Positions 16,982 through 25,857 are shown, counted from the first letter of the stretch. The stretch: DNA of 32,000 bases from an uncultured Chloroflexia bacterium (GCA_963718915.1 CAVRAI010000004.1:150001-182000), one strand, 5' to 3'. Numbers and translations: made by a program. Notes: a model not told the origin generated them from the sequence alone.

Positions 16982-17149
16982 CTCACATCCCCTACCAGAC
17001 CAGCCACTTCCCCTGCCCGCACTGAGTATCGAGGTAACAGTATACCCTGTAATCTCGCATAGCGTAACACAGCCCACTCAATGGGTCAAGAATCCCGCGC
17101 TGGATGCACTATGGCTTCACGCAGAGACGGCGCTGCTTAATGACGCACA

Positions 17150-17189
17150 CATGGAATGTTCATGGAATCCACATGCAACGCACATGCAA
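17150..17189. repeat. Four heptamers CATG(G/C)AA phased at exactly 11 bp
   Basis: CATGGAA at 17150 and 17161, CATGCAA at 17172 and 17183. The array lies 20-60 bp upstream of the candidate -35 at 17210, in a divergent intergenic region. Confidence 0.8.
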
Positions 17190-17209
17190 CACCGCGCTTA
17201 CGTGCCCCC

Positions 17210-17239
17210 TTGATTTCGATTGCCCTGTCATGATATGCT
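17210..17239 (+). promoter_or_regulatory. Candidate promoter of the permease leader (TTGATT -18 nt- TATGCT, TGn-extended)
   Basis: -35 TTGATT at 17210-17215 and TGA-TATGCT with the -10 at 17234-17239. Same TGATATGCT -10 block as the T-box promoter. Confidence 0.45.
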
Positions 17240-17257
17240 TGTGCGCAACAGACGCAC

Positions 17258-17292
17258 TCCCTTTAACCTGGTTCTGTGAGGCCGGAAAGGAT
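17258..17292 (+). promoter_or_regulatory. PyrR-binding-loop-like RNA hairpin (candidate pyrimidine attenuator)
   Basis: UCCCUUUAACCUGGUUCUGUGAGGCCGGAAAGGAU. Lower stem CCUUU/AAAGG, upper stem CC(U)GG/CCGG, 10-nt loop UUCUGUGAGG. The spacing is identical to the B. subtilis pyr leader element I recall (UCCUUUAAAACAGUCCAGAGAGGCUGAGAAGGAUA), and I counted 23 of 35 positions identical by eye. Confidence 0.45.
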
Positions 17293-17355
17293 GGTGTATC
17301 GTGCTACGCGCGTATCCCTCAGATAACATTCTACCCCGCATGGCCAGCGGTGCAT

Positions 17356-17398
17356 CGCCCAGGCGCCTCAATAGTGAGGGCCGCGGGGCGTTTTTTTT
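17356..17398 (+). terminator. Intrinsic terminator inside the permease 5' leader
   Basis: GC-rich ~13-bp interrupted stem (CGCCC..GGC.CCTCA atag TGAGG.GCC..GGGCG) followed by T8 (17391-17398). No gene ends here, so it is an attenuator or the end of a small RNA. Confidence 0.75.
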
Positions 17399-17593
17399 AT
17401 GCCTCATTCTGGCTGGGAGCGTTGCGCTGAGTGATATGCGGTGATATGCGAGGCGCGGTAGGTATCTGGCGCGTGCGTCTGGCAAATCCGCTGGTGCGCC
17501 GTGATGGTCCTCTGCTTTGGAGGCAGCGCATCACAATGTTCTGGATATTCTGGTCTGCCCCGGCGGGCAGCAAGAGGAGAGGAGAGTAGTTCC

Positions 17594-18898
17594 GTGCTGA
17601 GTTGGCGTGTGAAATCGTCTGGCGTGATTGCTCCAGATGAGCGATTGCCCTGGGCAAGCACGATTGCGCTTGGCCTCCAACATGCGTTGGCCATGTTCGG
17701 CGCAACGGTCGTGGCGCCTCTCCTGATGGGTTTCCAGGTCAATACCGCGCTCTTTTTCTCTGGCGTCGCAACGATCATTTTCTTCATCATCGTCGCGGGT
17801 AAAGTGCCCAGCTATCTCGGTTCCAGCTTTGCCTTCATTGGCCCGGTGCTGGCGGTGACGGGTGGCAAAGAGGCGAACATTCCGCTGGCGCTTGGCGGCA
17901 TCGTAGCCGCTGGCGTCGTCTACGCCGTCCTTGCGGTGATCACGATAGTTGCGGGCACTGCCTGGATCAACTTCTTGATGCCACCCGCCGTGACGGGCGC
18001 CATCGTCATGGTAATCGGCCTCAACCTGGCGGGCGCTGGCGCAACTGACATCGCTGGCGCGCATGACGTGAACCACGCCTGGATTACCGCCGGGGTGACA
18101 CTGGCTGTGGCGCTGCTCTCATCGGTCTATCTGCCCAGCTTCCTGCGGCGGCTGCCAATCCTGCTGGGCGGCGTGGCTGGCTACGTCGTGGCGATTCTGC
18201 TGGGCGATGTTAAGTTCGATTCGGTGACCGCGGCAGGCTGGTTCGGGCTGCCGAAGTTCATCACTCCTCCTCAGTTCGATGGTCATGCCATTGGGCTGAT
18301 CGCTCCGGTAGCCATTGTGCTGGTGGCGGAGAATACGGGGCATATCAAGGCGGTTGGCCAGATAACCCGGCGCAATCTCGACGGGTATCTGGGCCGTGGC
18401 TTCCTGGGCGATGCCCTCTCGACTATCGTCTCCGGTTTCTTCGGTGGCACAGGTGTGACAACCTACGCCGAGAACATCGGTGTGATGGCGATGACACGCG
18501 TCTATTCAACCATTGTCTTCCTGATTGCCAGCGGCGTCGCGCTGCTGCTGGGTCTCTGCCCGAAGTTCGGCGCGCTGGTGCAAACCATCCCGGCCTACGC
18601 GCCCGGAGTGCTCGGTGGCCTCTCGATTGTCCTCTTCGGGTTGATCGCCGCGACCGGCGCGCGCATCTGGGTGGAGAATGGCGTGGACTTTGGCCGCGCG
18701 CGCAATCTGCTGATGGCGGGCGTCACGCTGATTCTGGGCACAGGCGCATATACGATCACCATCGGCAACTTCCCGCTGACCGGCATCACGCTGGCGACGC
18801 TGGCAGCCATCCTGCTCTACCAGATTCTGCGCGACCCTGCCACGCCTGAATCGAAAGAAGACGCCGGATCAGCCGATACAAACACAGGCGGCGCATAG
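17594..18898 (+). CDS. NCS2-family nucleobase permease, uracil-type (UraA/PyrP/RutG-like)
   Basis: LGLQHALAMFGATVVAPLLMGF (the AMFGATV motif is typical of the uracil branch) and ~12 predicted TM segments. GTG at 17594 is preceded by AGGAGAGGAGAG. The start is uncertain by a few codons. Confidence 0.85.
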   Translation: MLSWRVKSSGVIAPDERLPWASTIALGLQHALAMFGATVVAPLLMGFQVNTALFFSGVATIIFFIIVAGKVPSYLGSSFAFIGPVLAVTGGKEANIPLALGGIVAAGVVYAVLAVITIVAGTAWINFLMPPAVTGAIVMVIGLNLAGAGATDIAGAHDVNHAWITAGVTLAVALLSSVYLPSFLRRLPILLGGVAGYVVAILLGDVKFDSVTAAGWFGLPKFITPPQFDGHAIGLIAPVAIVLVAENTGHIKAVGQITRRNLDGYLGRGFLGDALSTIVSGFFGGTGVTTYAENIGVMAMTRVYSTIVFLIASGVALLLGLCPKFGALVQTIPAYAPGVLGGLSIVLFGLIAATGARIWVENGVDFGRARNLLMAGVTLILGTGAYTITIGNFPLTGITLATLAAILLYQILRDPATPESKEDAGSADTNTGGA

Positions 18899-18994
18899 AG
18901 TCCCGCTGAATCCTGTAAAGCGGTCGTCGTGAGGGTCGCTGAAGGGAAAAGTCCCGCATCTCCACGCTCGCCAAGGGGGTGGAGATGCTCTTGT

Positions 18995-20041
18995 TTACCC
19001 CTTCCCCCGGCGGACGGCGACGATCTGCGCCAGAATCGCTAACGCGATTTCTTCAGGCGTGCGCGCGCCAATATTGATGCCGATGGGGCCATGGATGCGC
19101 CCGATTTGCTCGTCGGTCACGCCAGCCTCGCGCAGCCGACGGTCGCGTCGTTCGCGGGTGCCCCGGCTGCCAATCGCGCCGACATAGCTCGCGGGCGAGT
19201 TCAGCGCTGCCTTGAGCGCGGGCACGTCGAACTTGTCATCATGGGTCAAAACAGCAACGGCCGTCGCGCTCGACACCGGCAGATGCGCCAGCGCCTCGTC
19301 GGGCCACTCTAGCAGCAAATCGTCGGCGTCGGGAATGCGCTCGCGGGTGGCAAACGCCTCGCGCGGGTCTATCACCGTCACGTGATAGTCCAGCGTCTTC
19401 GCCAGGCGCGTCAGTGGGATCGTAATGTGACCAGCGCCAACGATGACCAGCGTTGGTTCGGGTGGATAGACCGCGAAGAAGACCTTAGCGGCTTTCTCGG
19501 CAATCTCTACCGTCGCCATCGCCGACTCACCCTCGCGCAGCAAGTCGCGCGCCGTCTTCGCCACGGCGGCGTCAAGGGCGGCGTCGCCAGAGCTACCCAC
19601 CAGTTCTCCCTGCTCCGAGACTAGCATGCTCGCTCCCGGTGTCGCACCGCCTTCCTCTGGCGCGCTGATGACGACGGCGCGGACGATGGGTTGCTGTGCT
19701 TTGAGCGCCGCCGCCAGCGGTTCGAGGTTGGCGAGACGCTCGACGAACACCTCGATCTGGCCGCCACAGGAGAGGCCAATCTGCTCGACATTCTGCTCCT
19801 CGGTGATGCCGTAGGAGAGCAGCTTTGGCTGGCCTGTACGGAGCGTTTTCAGCCCCACCTCGATGACTGCGGGTTCAACGCATCCGCCGCTCACTGAGCC
19901 AGCGATATCGCCCGCCGCTGTGAGCGCCAGTGTGGCGCCGACGCCGCGGGGCGCCGAACCAACGATCGATATCACACTGGCGATGGCAATCGGCTTGCCC
20001 TCACGATGCCAGCGCTCAAGCTCAGGCAACACATCGCGCAT
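18995..20041 (-). CDS. XdhC/CoxI-family molybdenum-cofactor insertion accessory protein
   Basis: GKPIAIASVISIVGSAPRGVGA, GSVSGGCVE, a Rossmann-like LVIVGAGHI segment, and GPIGINIGARTPEEIALAILAQIVA at the C-terminus. Confidence 0.85.
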   Translation of the reverse strand: MRDVLPELERWHREGKPIAIASVISIVGSAPRGVGATLALTAAGDIAGSVSGGCVEPAVIEVGLKTLRTGQPKLLSYGITEEQNVEQIGLSCGGQIEVFVERLANLEPLAAALKAQQPIVRAVVISAPEEGGATPGASMLVSEQGELVGSSGDAALDAAVAKTARDLLREGESAMATVEIAEKAAKVFFAVYPPEPTLVIVGAGHITIPLTRLAKTLDYHVTVIDPREAFATRERIPDADDLLLEWPDEALAHLPVSSATAVAVLTHDDKFDVPALKAALNSPASYVGAIGSRGTRERRDRRLREAGVTDEQIGRIHGPIGINIGARTPEEIALAILAQIVAVRRGKG

Positions 20042-20115
20042 CGTCGCCCTCTCTTTCTCCCTGTGTTTAGAAACGCGCTTAGCGGTTCCGGTCTATCGTC
20101 GCCTGCTCCACCCCA

Positions 20116-21318
20116 TCATCGTCGGCATGTGCAATCTTCGCACGATCCGCCTGTGCTGCCCCACGCTGATACGCCGCGCGCAGCTCCCTCATCATATCTT
20201 CGCGGCTGAGTATACAGTTCGCGGCGCGGCCGTGGCTCGGCCCGGCTGACGGCATAGGCGGCGATCAGCGGGAATGCGATGGTTGTATCGGCATAGACGA
20301 CGACCGACTCATCCAACTGCTCTGGCTTGATTTTTCCCCACGAGACCGCCTCAGATGGCGTCGCGCCAGAAAGGCCGCCCCAGTGAGGCGCATCTTGCGT
20401 GATCTGGATGAAAAAGTCGTGGCCACCCTTGTTGATGCCTAACACCTCCCACAGTTGCGGCTGCGTCTGGAGATAGAAATTCTTGGGCGAGCCGCCACCA
20501 AGGATGATGACTCCGTTGCGTGTCGCCGCCTGAACGATGGCGGTTGTTTCGTGGATATCGAAGAGCGGATCGATGGTCAGCGCGTTGCCATCCAGTTGAT
20601 GCCGGGCGAGATTCATGCCAATAGAGGAATCGCCCGGCGATGAGGTATAGATGGGCACGTTCCATTTGGCGGCCATCGCCAAAACCGAGTGTTCGGGGTC
20701 AACGCCAAGCTCCAGCAGTCGCTGCCCAATCAGGTGATGCAGTTCGGCGGTAGACATGGGCCGCTGCGGGAAAGTCTTGAAGATTTCGCGCAGGAAGCGG
20801 TCGGTATCCAGCAGAACCTCGTCGAGGAAGAGTACGTCGTAGATGCGGATGACGCCCGCCTCGTGCAACTCTGGGTCGCTCACCTTAAAGCTGCCACGGT
20901 GCAGTGCGTAGTTGAGCGCGTGGTGGATATCGTGGTAGAGGTTCGCGCCCGTGCTGACCATAAAGTCAACCGCGCCGCGCTCCATCAGGGTGATGATGCT
21001 GCCGCCGACTCCGGCGGGTGTCATCGCGCCGGCGATGGTGAGGCAGATGGTGACATCCTGCTCCGGGTCGAGCATTCGCCGGGCATAGAGGCGCGCGGCC
21101 TCGTTGATACGCCCAGCGTTATAGGCCTGAAACGAGCTATCCAGCAGATCGGCGACCGACATATCAGGCATAAGGCGCTGAGGTACGATCCGCTCGCCGG
21201 TCAGGTATTCATCGGCGGTCAGCGCCGTCTGTTCGTCCTCGTGGTCATGGTCATGGTCATGGTCATGGTCGTGGCCGTGGCCGTCTGGCGATGGCCCGTC
21301 ATGCATGCGGTGGGGCAC
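20116..21318 (-). CDS. Deoxyhypusine synthase-like protein with an N-terminal (His-Asp)n tract
   Basis: AGAMTPAGVGG, FMVSTGANLYHD, LGGGSPKNF and ITQDAPHWGGLSGATPSEAVSWGKI are DHS-family motifs. N-terminus is GHGHDHDHDHDHDHEDE. GTG start with a GAGAGGA SD. Confidence 0.85.
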   Translation of the reverse strand: MPHRMHDGPSPDGHGHDHDHDHDHDHEDEQTALTADEYLTGERIVPQRLMPDMSVADLLDSSFQAYNAGRINEAARLYARRMLDPEQDVTICLTIAGAMTPAGVGGSIITLMERGAVDFMVSTGANLYHDIHHALNYALHRGSFKVSDPELHEAGVIRIYDVLFLDEVLLDTDRFLREIFKTFPQRPMSTAELHHLIGQRLLELGVDPEHSVLAMAAKWNVPIYTSSPGDSSIGMNLARHQLDGNALTIDPLFDIHETTAIVQAATRNGVIILGGGSPKNFYLQTQPQLWEVLGINKGGHDFFIQITQDAPHWGGLSGATPSEAVSWGKIKPEQLDESVVVYADTTIAFPLIAAYAVSRAEPRPRRELYTQPRRYDEGAARGVSAWGSTGGSCEDCTCRR

Positions 21319-21436
21319 GGAATCCTCTCTCTCGCTTCACTCGGCTCGTGGAAGCGCTGGTGGCGCACGCCGCGCTCGATGCTTGAGTATATCACTGCCG
21401 TCTGGATGTGATGGGATTGTGAGGATGGCGCATGCC

Positions 21437-21820
21437 TTAGGGTTCGTCCTGGGCAAGGGGTTGGGTGGCCTCCGTCCGCGCGCGCCGCCAGGGCCATTCG
21501 CCGTTGATCTCGACTTCTAGCGACCAGCTTAGGAAAGTCCGGACGAGGACGATGAGGCCCAGCACGCCGACGCTCTGAAACGTCGGCTCAATCGCCACCG
21601 TACGGATGATATCGGCCGCGACGAACAGCTCAAGACCGACGAGGATCGCGCGGCCCAGCCCCTGCCGGAGATTTCGGTACGCGCGGCTCTGCTCGCCCGC
21701 GTGTGGGATGATACGGCGAGCATAGGCGACGAGCGCGACGATTGCGCCAATCAGCAGTGCGGCGAGTCCGCCCAGATCGAAGGCTCTGGCGAGCAACTCG
21801 ACGAGAGAGGCGAAGTTCAT
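21437..21820 (-). CDS. DUF1622 family membrane protein
   Basis: 127 aa, with GLELFVAADIIRTV and LVLVRTFLSWSLEVEINGEWPW matching the DUF1622 pattern I recall. Only 12 nt separate it from the upstream gene. Confidence 0.75.
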   Translation of the reverse strand: MNFASLVELLARAFDLGGLAALLIGAIVALVAYARRIIPHAGEQSRAYRNLRQGLGRAILVGLELFVAADIIRTVAIEPTFQSVGVLGLIVLVRTFLSWSLEVEINGEWPWRRARTEATQPLAQDEP

Positions 21821-21832
21821 AATGTGTGCTCG

Positions 21833-22453
21833 TTAGAGAATGCCAGGCATCGCCGTTCGATGGATGCCACTTGTCTCCAGGATGCGTCCGGTGATGACCT
21901 CTTCGAAGCGCTCGCTCGCGGCCATAGCGTCTTCATCGTATTCGTCTAGCAACACCTGTGCCAGCGAGCCGGTGATGACTGGCGCGCGTACGACTGGCGA
22001 TGGGCTGACGAACGCCTTGCGTAACGCGACGACATAGTCGGGCGGATCGATCATCCACGGATCGCTCGTGGTATCGTCGCTATAGGCGATGTTGGCGTTA
22101 GCGGGCGTTGGGACGGCGACGAGATGGAGGCGTGATCTGCTGTTGGAGGGGCGTCGCGGATGGGCGGCCAGGAGGTCGGGCGCGGTGTCTCCCCAGTCCT
22201 CTAGCGTCGTGGCGGTCTCAAATCCAGCCGCGACTGCGTGCGCGCGGAGCCAGGCGTCGCCACCGATGATGACGGCCACCTTGCCAAGGCGCTGGCAGCG
22301 GGCATGCAGAGCATAGAGCACTTCTGTCTCGTGCAGACAGGTGCGCTCGCCTACGGGAAACACCAGCGCCACCCGCCAACCCTTCGCCAGCGTCAGCGCC
22401 GCGGAGACCGTCGCATATGTGGATTGCGGTTTCAGCCGCACGATATCGTCCAT
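21833..22453 (-). CDS. Hypothetical protein (206 aa)
   Basis: ATG at 22453 is preceded by GAGGTGG. Coding-like composition and no motif I can name. Confidence 0.55.
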   Translation of the reverse strand: MDDIVRLKPQSTYATVSAALTLAKGWRVALVFPVGERTCLHETEVLYALHARCQRLGKVAVIIGGDAWLRAHAVAAGFETATTLEDWGDTAPDLLAAHPRRPSNSRSRLHLVAVPTPANANIAYSDDTTSDPWMIDPPDYVVALRKAFVSPSPVVRAPVITGSLAQVLLDEYDEDAMAASERFEEVITGRILETSGIHRTAMPGIL

Positions 22454-22624
22454 CTCTGACCACCTCATCGCGATCTCAGGCGCTGGAAGCGCGTCTGCGC
22501 GCTCATTCCAGTCACACCTGCCTGACAGTACTACGACGCCTGGTGTCTGTTGTTAATACCGACGCAACAAAAGTACCAGCCTGTGCGCGGTATTTCGTCA
22601 CATATGACGCCGAACGGTCATTTC

Positions 22625-22669
22625 GCAAGAAGAAAGCCACGACCCTGGGTAGTCCCAAAGATCGTGGCT
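22625..22669 (-). terminator. Intrinsic terminator downstream of alaS
   Basis: On the minus strand: AGCCACGA...TCGTGGCT (8 bp, with an inner TGGG/CCCA stem) followed by TTCTTCTT. Confidence 0.65.
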
Positions 22670-22701
22670 ATTCCGTTGCTTCTGTGGACCTGGCGGCGCT
22701 A

Positions 22702-25416
22702 TCAGGCGATAAGCGCGCCTGCCTCGGCGATGGTTGCCCGCAGGTTGCGCGTGTCATTACTGCCGCCCTGGGCAGAGTTAGGGCGTCCGCCGCCCCGGCC
22801 GCCCAGTCGCTCGGCCACTGCCGCCGCGATCTTGCCCGCGTTCAGGCCGCGCGTCGTCAGGGCGTCGTCGATCGTCACGATGAACTGGGCCTGGCCGTCG
22901 TTCTCCATAGCCAGCAGAATCACGCCCGACCCGAGGCGGCTGCGTATGCCGTCGCTCATCTCGCGGAGCGCCTTGTCGTCCGGCGCTGAAACGACCGCTG
23001 CCACCAGCCGGACGCCGTTCACCTCGGTCGAAGTCTCCGCCAGGCGCACGGCCTCTTCGCGCGTCTGGTTGCGCTGCATAGTGGCCAGTGACCGGCGCGC
23101 CTCGTTCAACTCCTCCTGGAGCTGGCGGACGCGGTCCGCGAGGGCGTCGGGTGTCGTCTGGAGCCGACCAGCCAGCCCGCTGACGAGGTCGTTCCTGCGG
23201 TGCACGAACATCTCGGCCCCGGTCCCCGTCAGCGCCTCGACGCGGCGGATACCGGCGGCTGTGCCCGCCTCCTGCGTCGTCAGATAGAGGCCAATCTGAC
23301 CCGTCGCCGCGACGTGGGTACCGCCGCACAGTTCTTTGCTCGTTCCCATCGTCACCACGCGGACGGTATCGCCGTACTTCTCGCTGAAGAGGGCCATCGC
23401 GCCGGTCGCCAGCGCCTCCTGATAGGGCATGATCTCGGTGCGGACGAGATGGTTGGCCAGGACGGCCGAATTGACCTGTTGGTCGATCTCGCGTAGCTCC
23501 TCGGTGGTCAGCGGGCGCGTCATGTTGAAATCGAACCGCAGACGGTCCGGTGCGACGAGGCTTCCCTGTTGGTGCACCTGTTTGCCCAGAATATCTTTGA
23601 GGGCGTGGTGCAGCAGATGGGTTGCGCTGTGATTCCGCATGATGGCCTGTCGGCGGGCCGCGTCTACCTCCGCGCGGACCTCCGCTCCCACGCGCAGATG
23701 TCCCTCGATCATCTTCCCATAGTGGACGATCAGTCCGGGGACGGGACGCTGTGTGTCGCTCACCTGGAAAATCCCGGTCTGGCTGCCGATCACCCCGTGG
23801 TCGCCCATCTGGCCGCCCGCCTCGGCGTAGAACGGCGTCTCCTCCAGCACGAGCGCGGCTGTCTGTGGGGCGCTGACCTCGTCCGCTGGTTTGCCGCTCA
23901 CCAGCATGGCGACGATCGCGCTGCTCCCCAGCTCCCCTTCGTATCCGGTGAAGCGGGTCGTCGGAAGCCCGTTGCTTACCTTCGCCCATGCTTCTTCCTC
24001 CTGTTCGCGAACAAAGACATGTCCGCTCTTTGCTTGTTGTTCCTGCTGGCGCAGCATCGCGCCATCGTATCCGGCGCGATCTACCGTCATGCCACGCTCG
24101 CGCGCGACCTCGGCGGTCAGTTCCACCGGGAAACCATGCGTATCATACAGTTTGAACGCCAGCTCGCCGGGCACCTCATGCTTGCCCGCCTTTTCCAGCG
24201 CATCCAGCTCGCGCGTGAGCAATTGCATGCCCAGGGTGAGCGTCTGATTGAAGCGGCGCTCTTCGGTGCTGATGATATCCACAATCTGATCGCGCCGCGC
24301 CGCCAACTCTTCGTAGTGGCCCTTCATCAGGCCGATGACGGTATCGGCGGCCTCGGCGAGAAATAGCCCCTCCAGCCCGAGCATCCTGCCGTAGCGCACC
24401 GCGCGCCGCAGCACCCGGCGGAAGATATAGCCGCGCCCGGTGTTACTTGGCAGCACGCCATCGCCCGCCAGGAAGACAAGCGCACGCCCGTGGTCGGCGA
24501 TCACACGCAACGCCCGGTCGTGTTCGGCATTCTCGCCATAGCTGGTATGTGCGAGGGTGGCGAACTTATCGATGATAGGACGGAAGAGATCGGTTTCAAA
24601 GACCGAATTCTTCCCTTGCAGGACCATCGTCAGCCGTTCGAGTCCCATGCCAGTGTCGATATTGGGCTGCTTAAGCAGCGTGCGCTTGCCGTCAGTATCC
24701 TGGTAATACTGCATGAAGACCAGGTTCCAGACCTCCAGATAGCGCTCGCAACGGTCACAACCCGGCGCGCAATCTGGCTCGCCACAACCGAATTCGACGC
24801 CGCGATCATAGTAGATCTCGGAGTCCGGCCCGCACGGCCCTGAGGCTCCAGGTGGCCCCCACCAGTTGTCGCCCAGCCGGGTGATGCCGTCGGCGGGGAT
24901 ACCCGCGACCTCCTGCCAGTAGCCGGGCGCTTCGTTGTCGTCGGGATGAACCGTGGGGAAGAGGCGCTCAGGAGGCAGCTTGTAGACCTGGGTCACCAGC
25001 TCCCAGGCATAGGCAATCGCCTCACGCTTGAAATACGCTCCGACCGCGAAATTGCCGAGCATCTCGAAGAATGTCAGGTGCGACGCATCGCCTACCTCGT
25101 CGATATCAGTCGTGCGGAAGCACTTCTGTACGGAGGTCAGCCGTATGCTGGGTGGCGTCACCCGTCCCAGGAAGTATGGGATCATCTGCTGCATGCCCGC
25201 CGTTGTGAGCAGCACCGTTGGATCATCCGACGGTGGGATCAGCGATGAACTGGGTAAGCGGTAGTGATCGCGCTTCTCAAAGAAACGCAGAAAGCTGGCG
25301 CGAATATCCTGGCTGCTGCTCGGTGGCTCGCCCTTGCGCGCAGAGTTGCCCGACTGGCGAGACTGGGGGACTGGTTTGACGCTTGATGATGAATTCTGTG
25401 ATCGCTTCGCAGGCAT
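22702..25416 (-). CDS. alaS: Alanine--tRNA ligase
   Basis: FLRFFEKRDHYRLPSSSLIP, FTTAGMQ-like LLTTAGMQQ, the editing-domain HSATHLLH, CGGTHV, and a C-terminal DHHA1-like region. The ATG at 25416 (GAGGG upstream) is preferred over the GTG at 25440. A ~37-aa Ser/basic N-terminal extension precedes the conserved core. Confidence 0.96.
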   Translation of the reverse strand: MPAKRSQNSSSSVKPVPQSRQSGNSARKGEPPSSSQDIRASFLRFFEKRDHYRLPSSSLIPPSDDPTVLLTTAGMQQMIPYFLGRVTPPSIRLTSVQKCFRTTDIDEVGDASHLTFFEMLGNFAVGAYFKREAIAYAWELVTQVYKLPPERLFPTVHPDDNEAPGYWQEVAGIPADGITRLGDNWWGPPGASGPCGPDSEIYYDRGVEFGCGEPDCAPGCDRCERYLEVWNLVFMQYYQDTDGKRTLLKQPNIDTGMGLERLTMVLQGKNSVFETDLFRPIIDKFATLAHTSYGENAEHDRALRVIADHGRALVFLAGDGVLPSNTGRGYIFRRVLRRAVRYGRMLGLEGLFLAEAADTVIGLMKGHYEELAARRDQIVDIISTEERRFNQTLTLGMQLLTRELDALEKAGKHEVPGELAFKLYDTHGFPVELTAEVARERGMTVDRAGYDGAMLRQQEQQAKSGHVFVREQEEEAWAKVSNGLPTTRFTGYEGELGSSAIVAMLVSGKPADEVSAPQTAALVLEETPFYAEAGGQMGDHGVIGSQTGIFQVSDTQRPVPGLIVHYGKMIEGHLRVGAEVRAEVDAARRQAIMRNHSATHLLHHALKDILGKQVHQQGSLVAPDRLRFDFNMTRPLTTEELREIDQQVNSAVLANHLVRTEIMPYQEALATGAMALFSEKYGDTVRVVTMGTSKELCGGTHVAATGQIGLYLTTQEAGTAAGIRRVEALTGTGAEMFVHRRNDLVSGLAGRLQTTPDALADRVRQLQEELNEARRSLATMQRNQTREEAVRLAETSTEVNGVRLVAAVVSAPDDKALREMSDGIRSRLGSGVILLAMENDGQAQFIVTIDDALTTRGLNAGKIAAAVAERLGGRGGGRPNSAQGGSNDTRNLRATIAEAGALIA

Positions 25417-25706
25417 GTCTTCTTCGCCCTCATGAAACACACTATATGATGGTGAATACCGCTATTGTACGTTAAATGCGCGATACGCGCGCGATGGCGC
25501 AACGAGCATCCAGGCGCGCACGGTGGGACATGACGAGACGTGAAACGGCGAGCGATTGGAGAGTGCCGGGAAAGTGGAAGATACCACGCTCCCAGCGGGA
25601 TGTCCTCCCGTGGAAAGCGCTGGATGCGCGGACCTCGGCATGAGAGCAAAGCGCCAGTCAATCGGCGGGGCGTCCTCGCCTATCTGTCCGCACGATGCAC
25701 CCGGCC

Positions 25707-25735
25707 ATTATACACCCTGGGTGACGTCGTCGCAA
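25707..25735 (-). promoter_or_regulatory. Near-consensus sigma70 promoter for alaS (TTGCGA -17 nt- TATAAT)
   Basis: On the minus strand: -35 TTGCGA (25730-25735), 17-nt spacer, -10 TATAAT (25707-25712). Confidence 0.6.
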
Positions 25736-25771
25736 TGCGCGCTGTGGGTGGATCGATCCTTGGCGGACACA

Positions 25772-25802
25772 TAAAAATCGGGTTCCGCTCTTGACGGAAC
25801 CC
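25772..25802 (-). terminator. Intrinsic terminator of the 25858..26151 gene
   Basis: On the minus strand: GGGTTCCG-tcaagag-CGGAACCC (8 bp) followed by GATTTTTAT. Confidence 0.7.
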
Positions 25803-25857
25803 CCGATATGCGCTCCGGATATCATCATCCGAAGTCTGGCTGGCGTTGTGGAAGTTA

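Noticed and set aside
17318-17345. Purine-riboswitch-like string (cAUUCUACCccg) upstream of the nucleobase permease
   Set aside because: Only the UUCUACC heptamer matches. The UAUAAU junction, the P2/P3 loops and the CCGUAAAU/ACUAUG elements of the purine aptamer are absent.
22778-23989. 403-aa same-strand alternative-frame ORF, and several plus-strand ORFs, inside alaS
   Set aside because: Extreme Arg/Gly/Pro composition, complete overlap with the well-supported AlaRS frame, and no start context. These are GC-driven artefacts.
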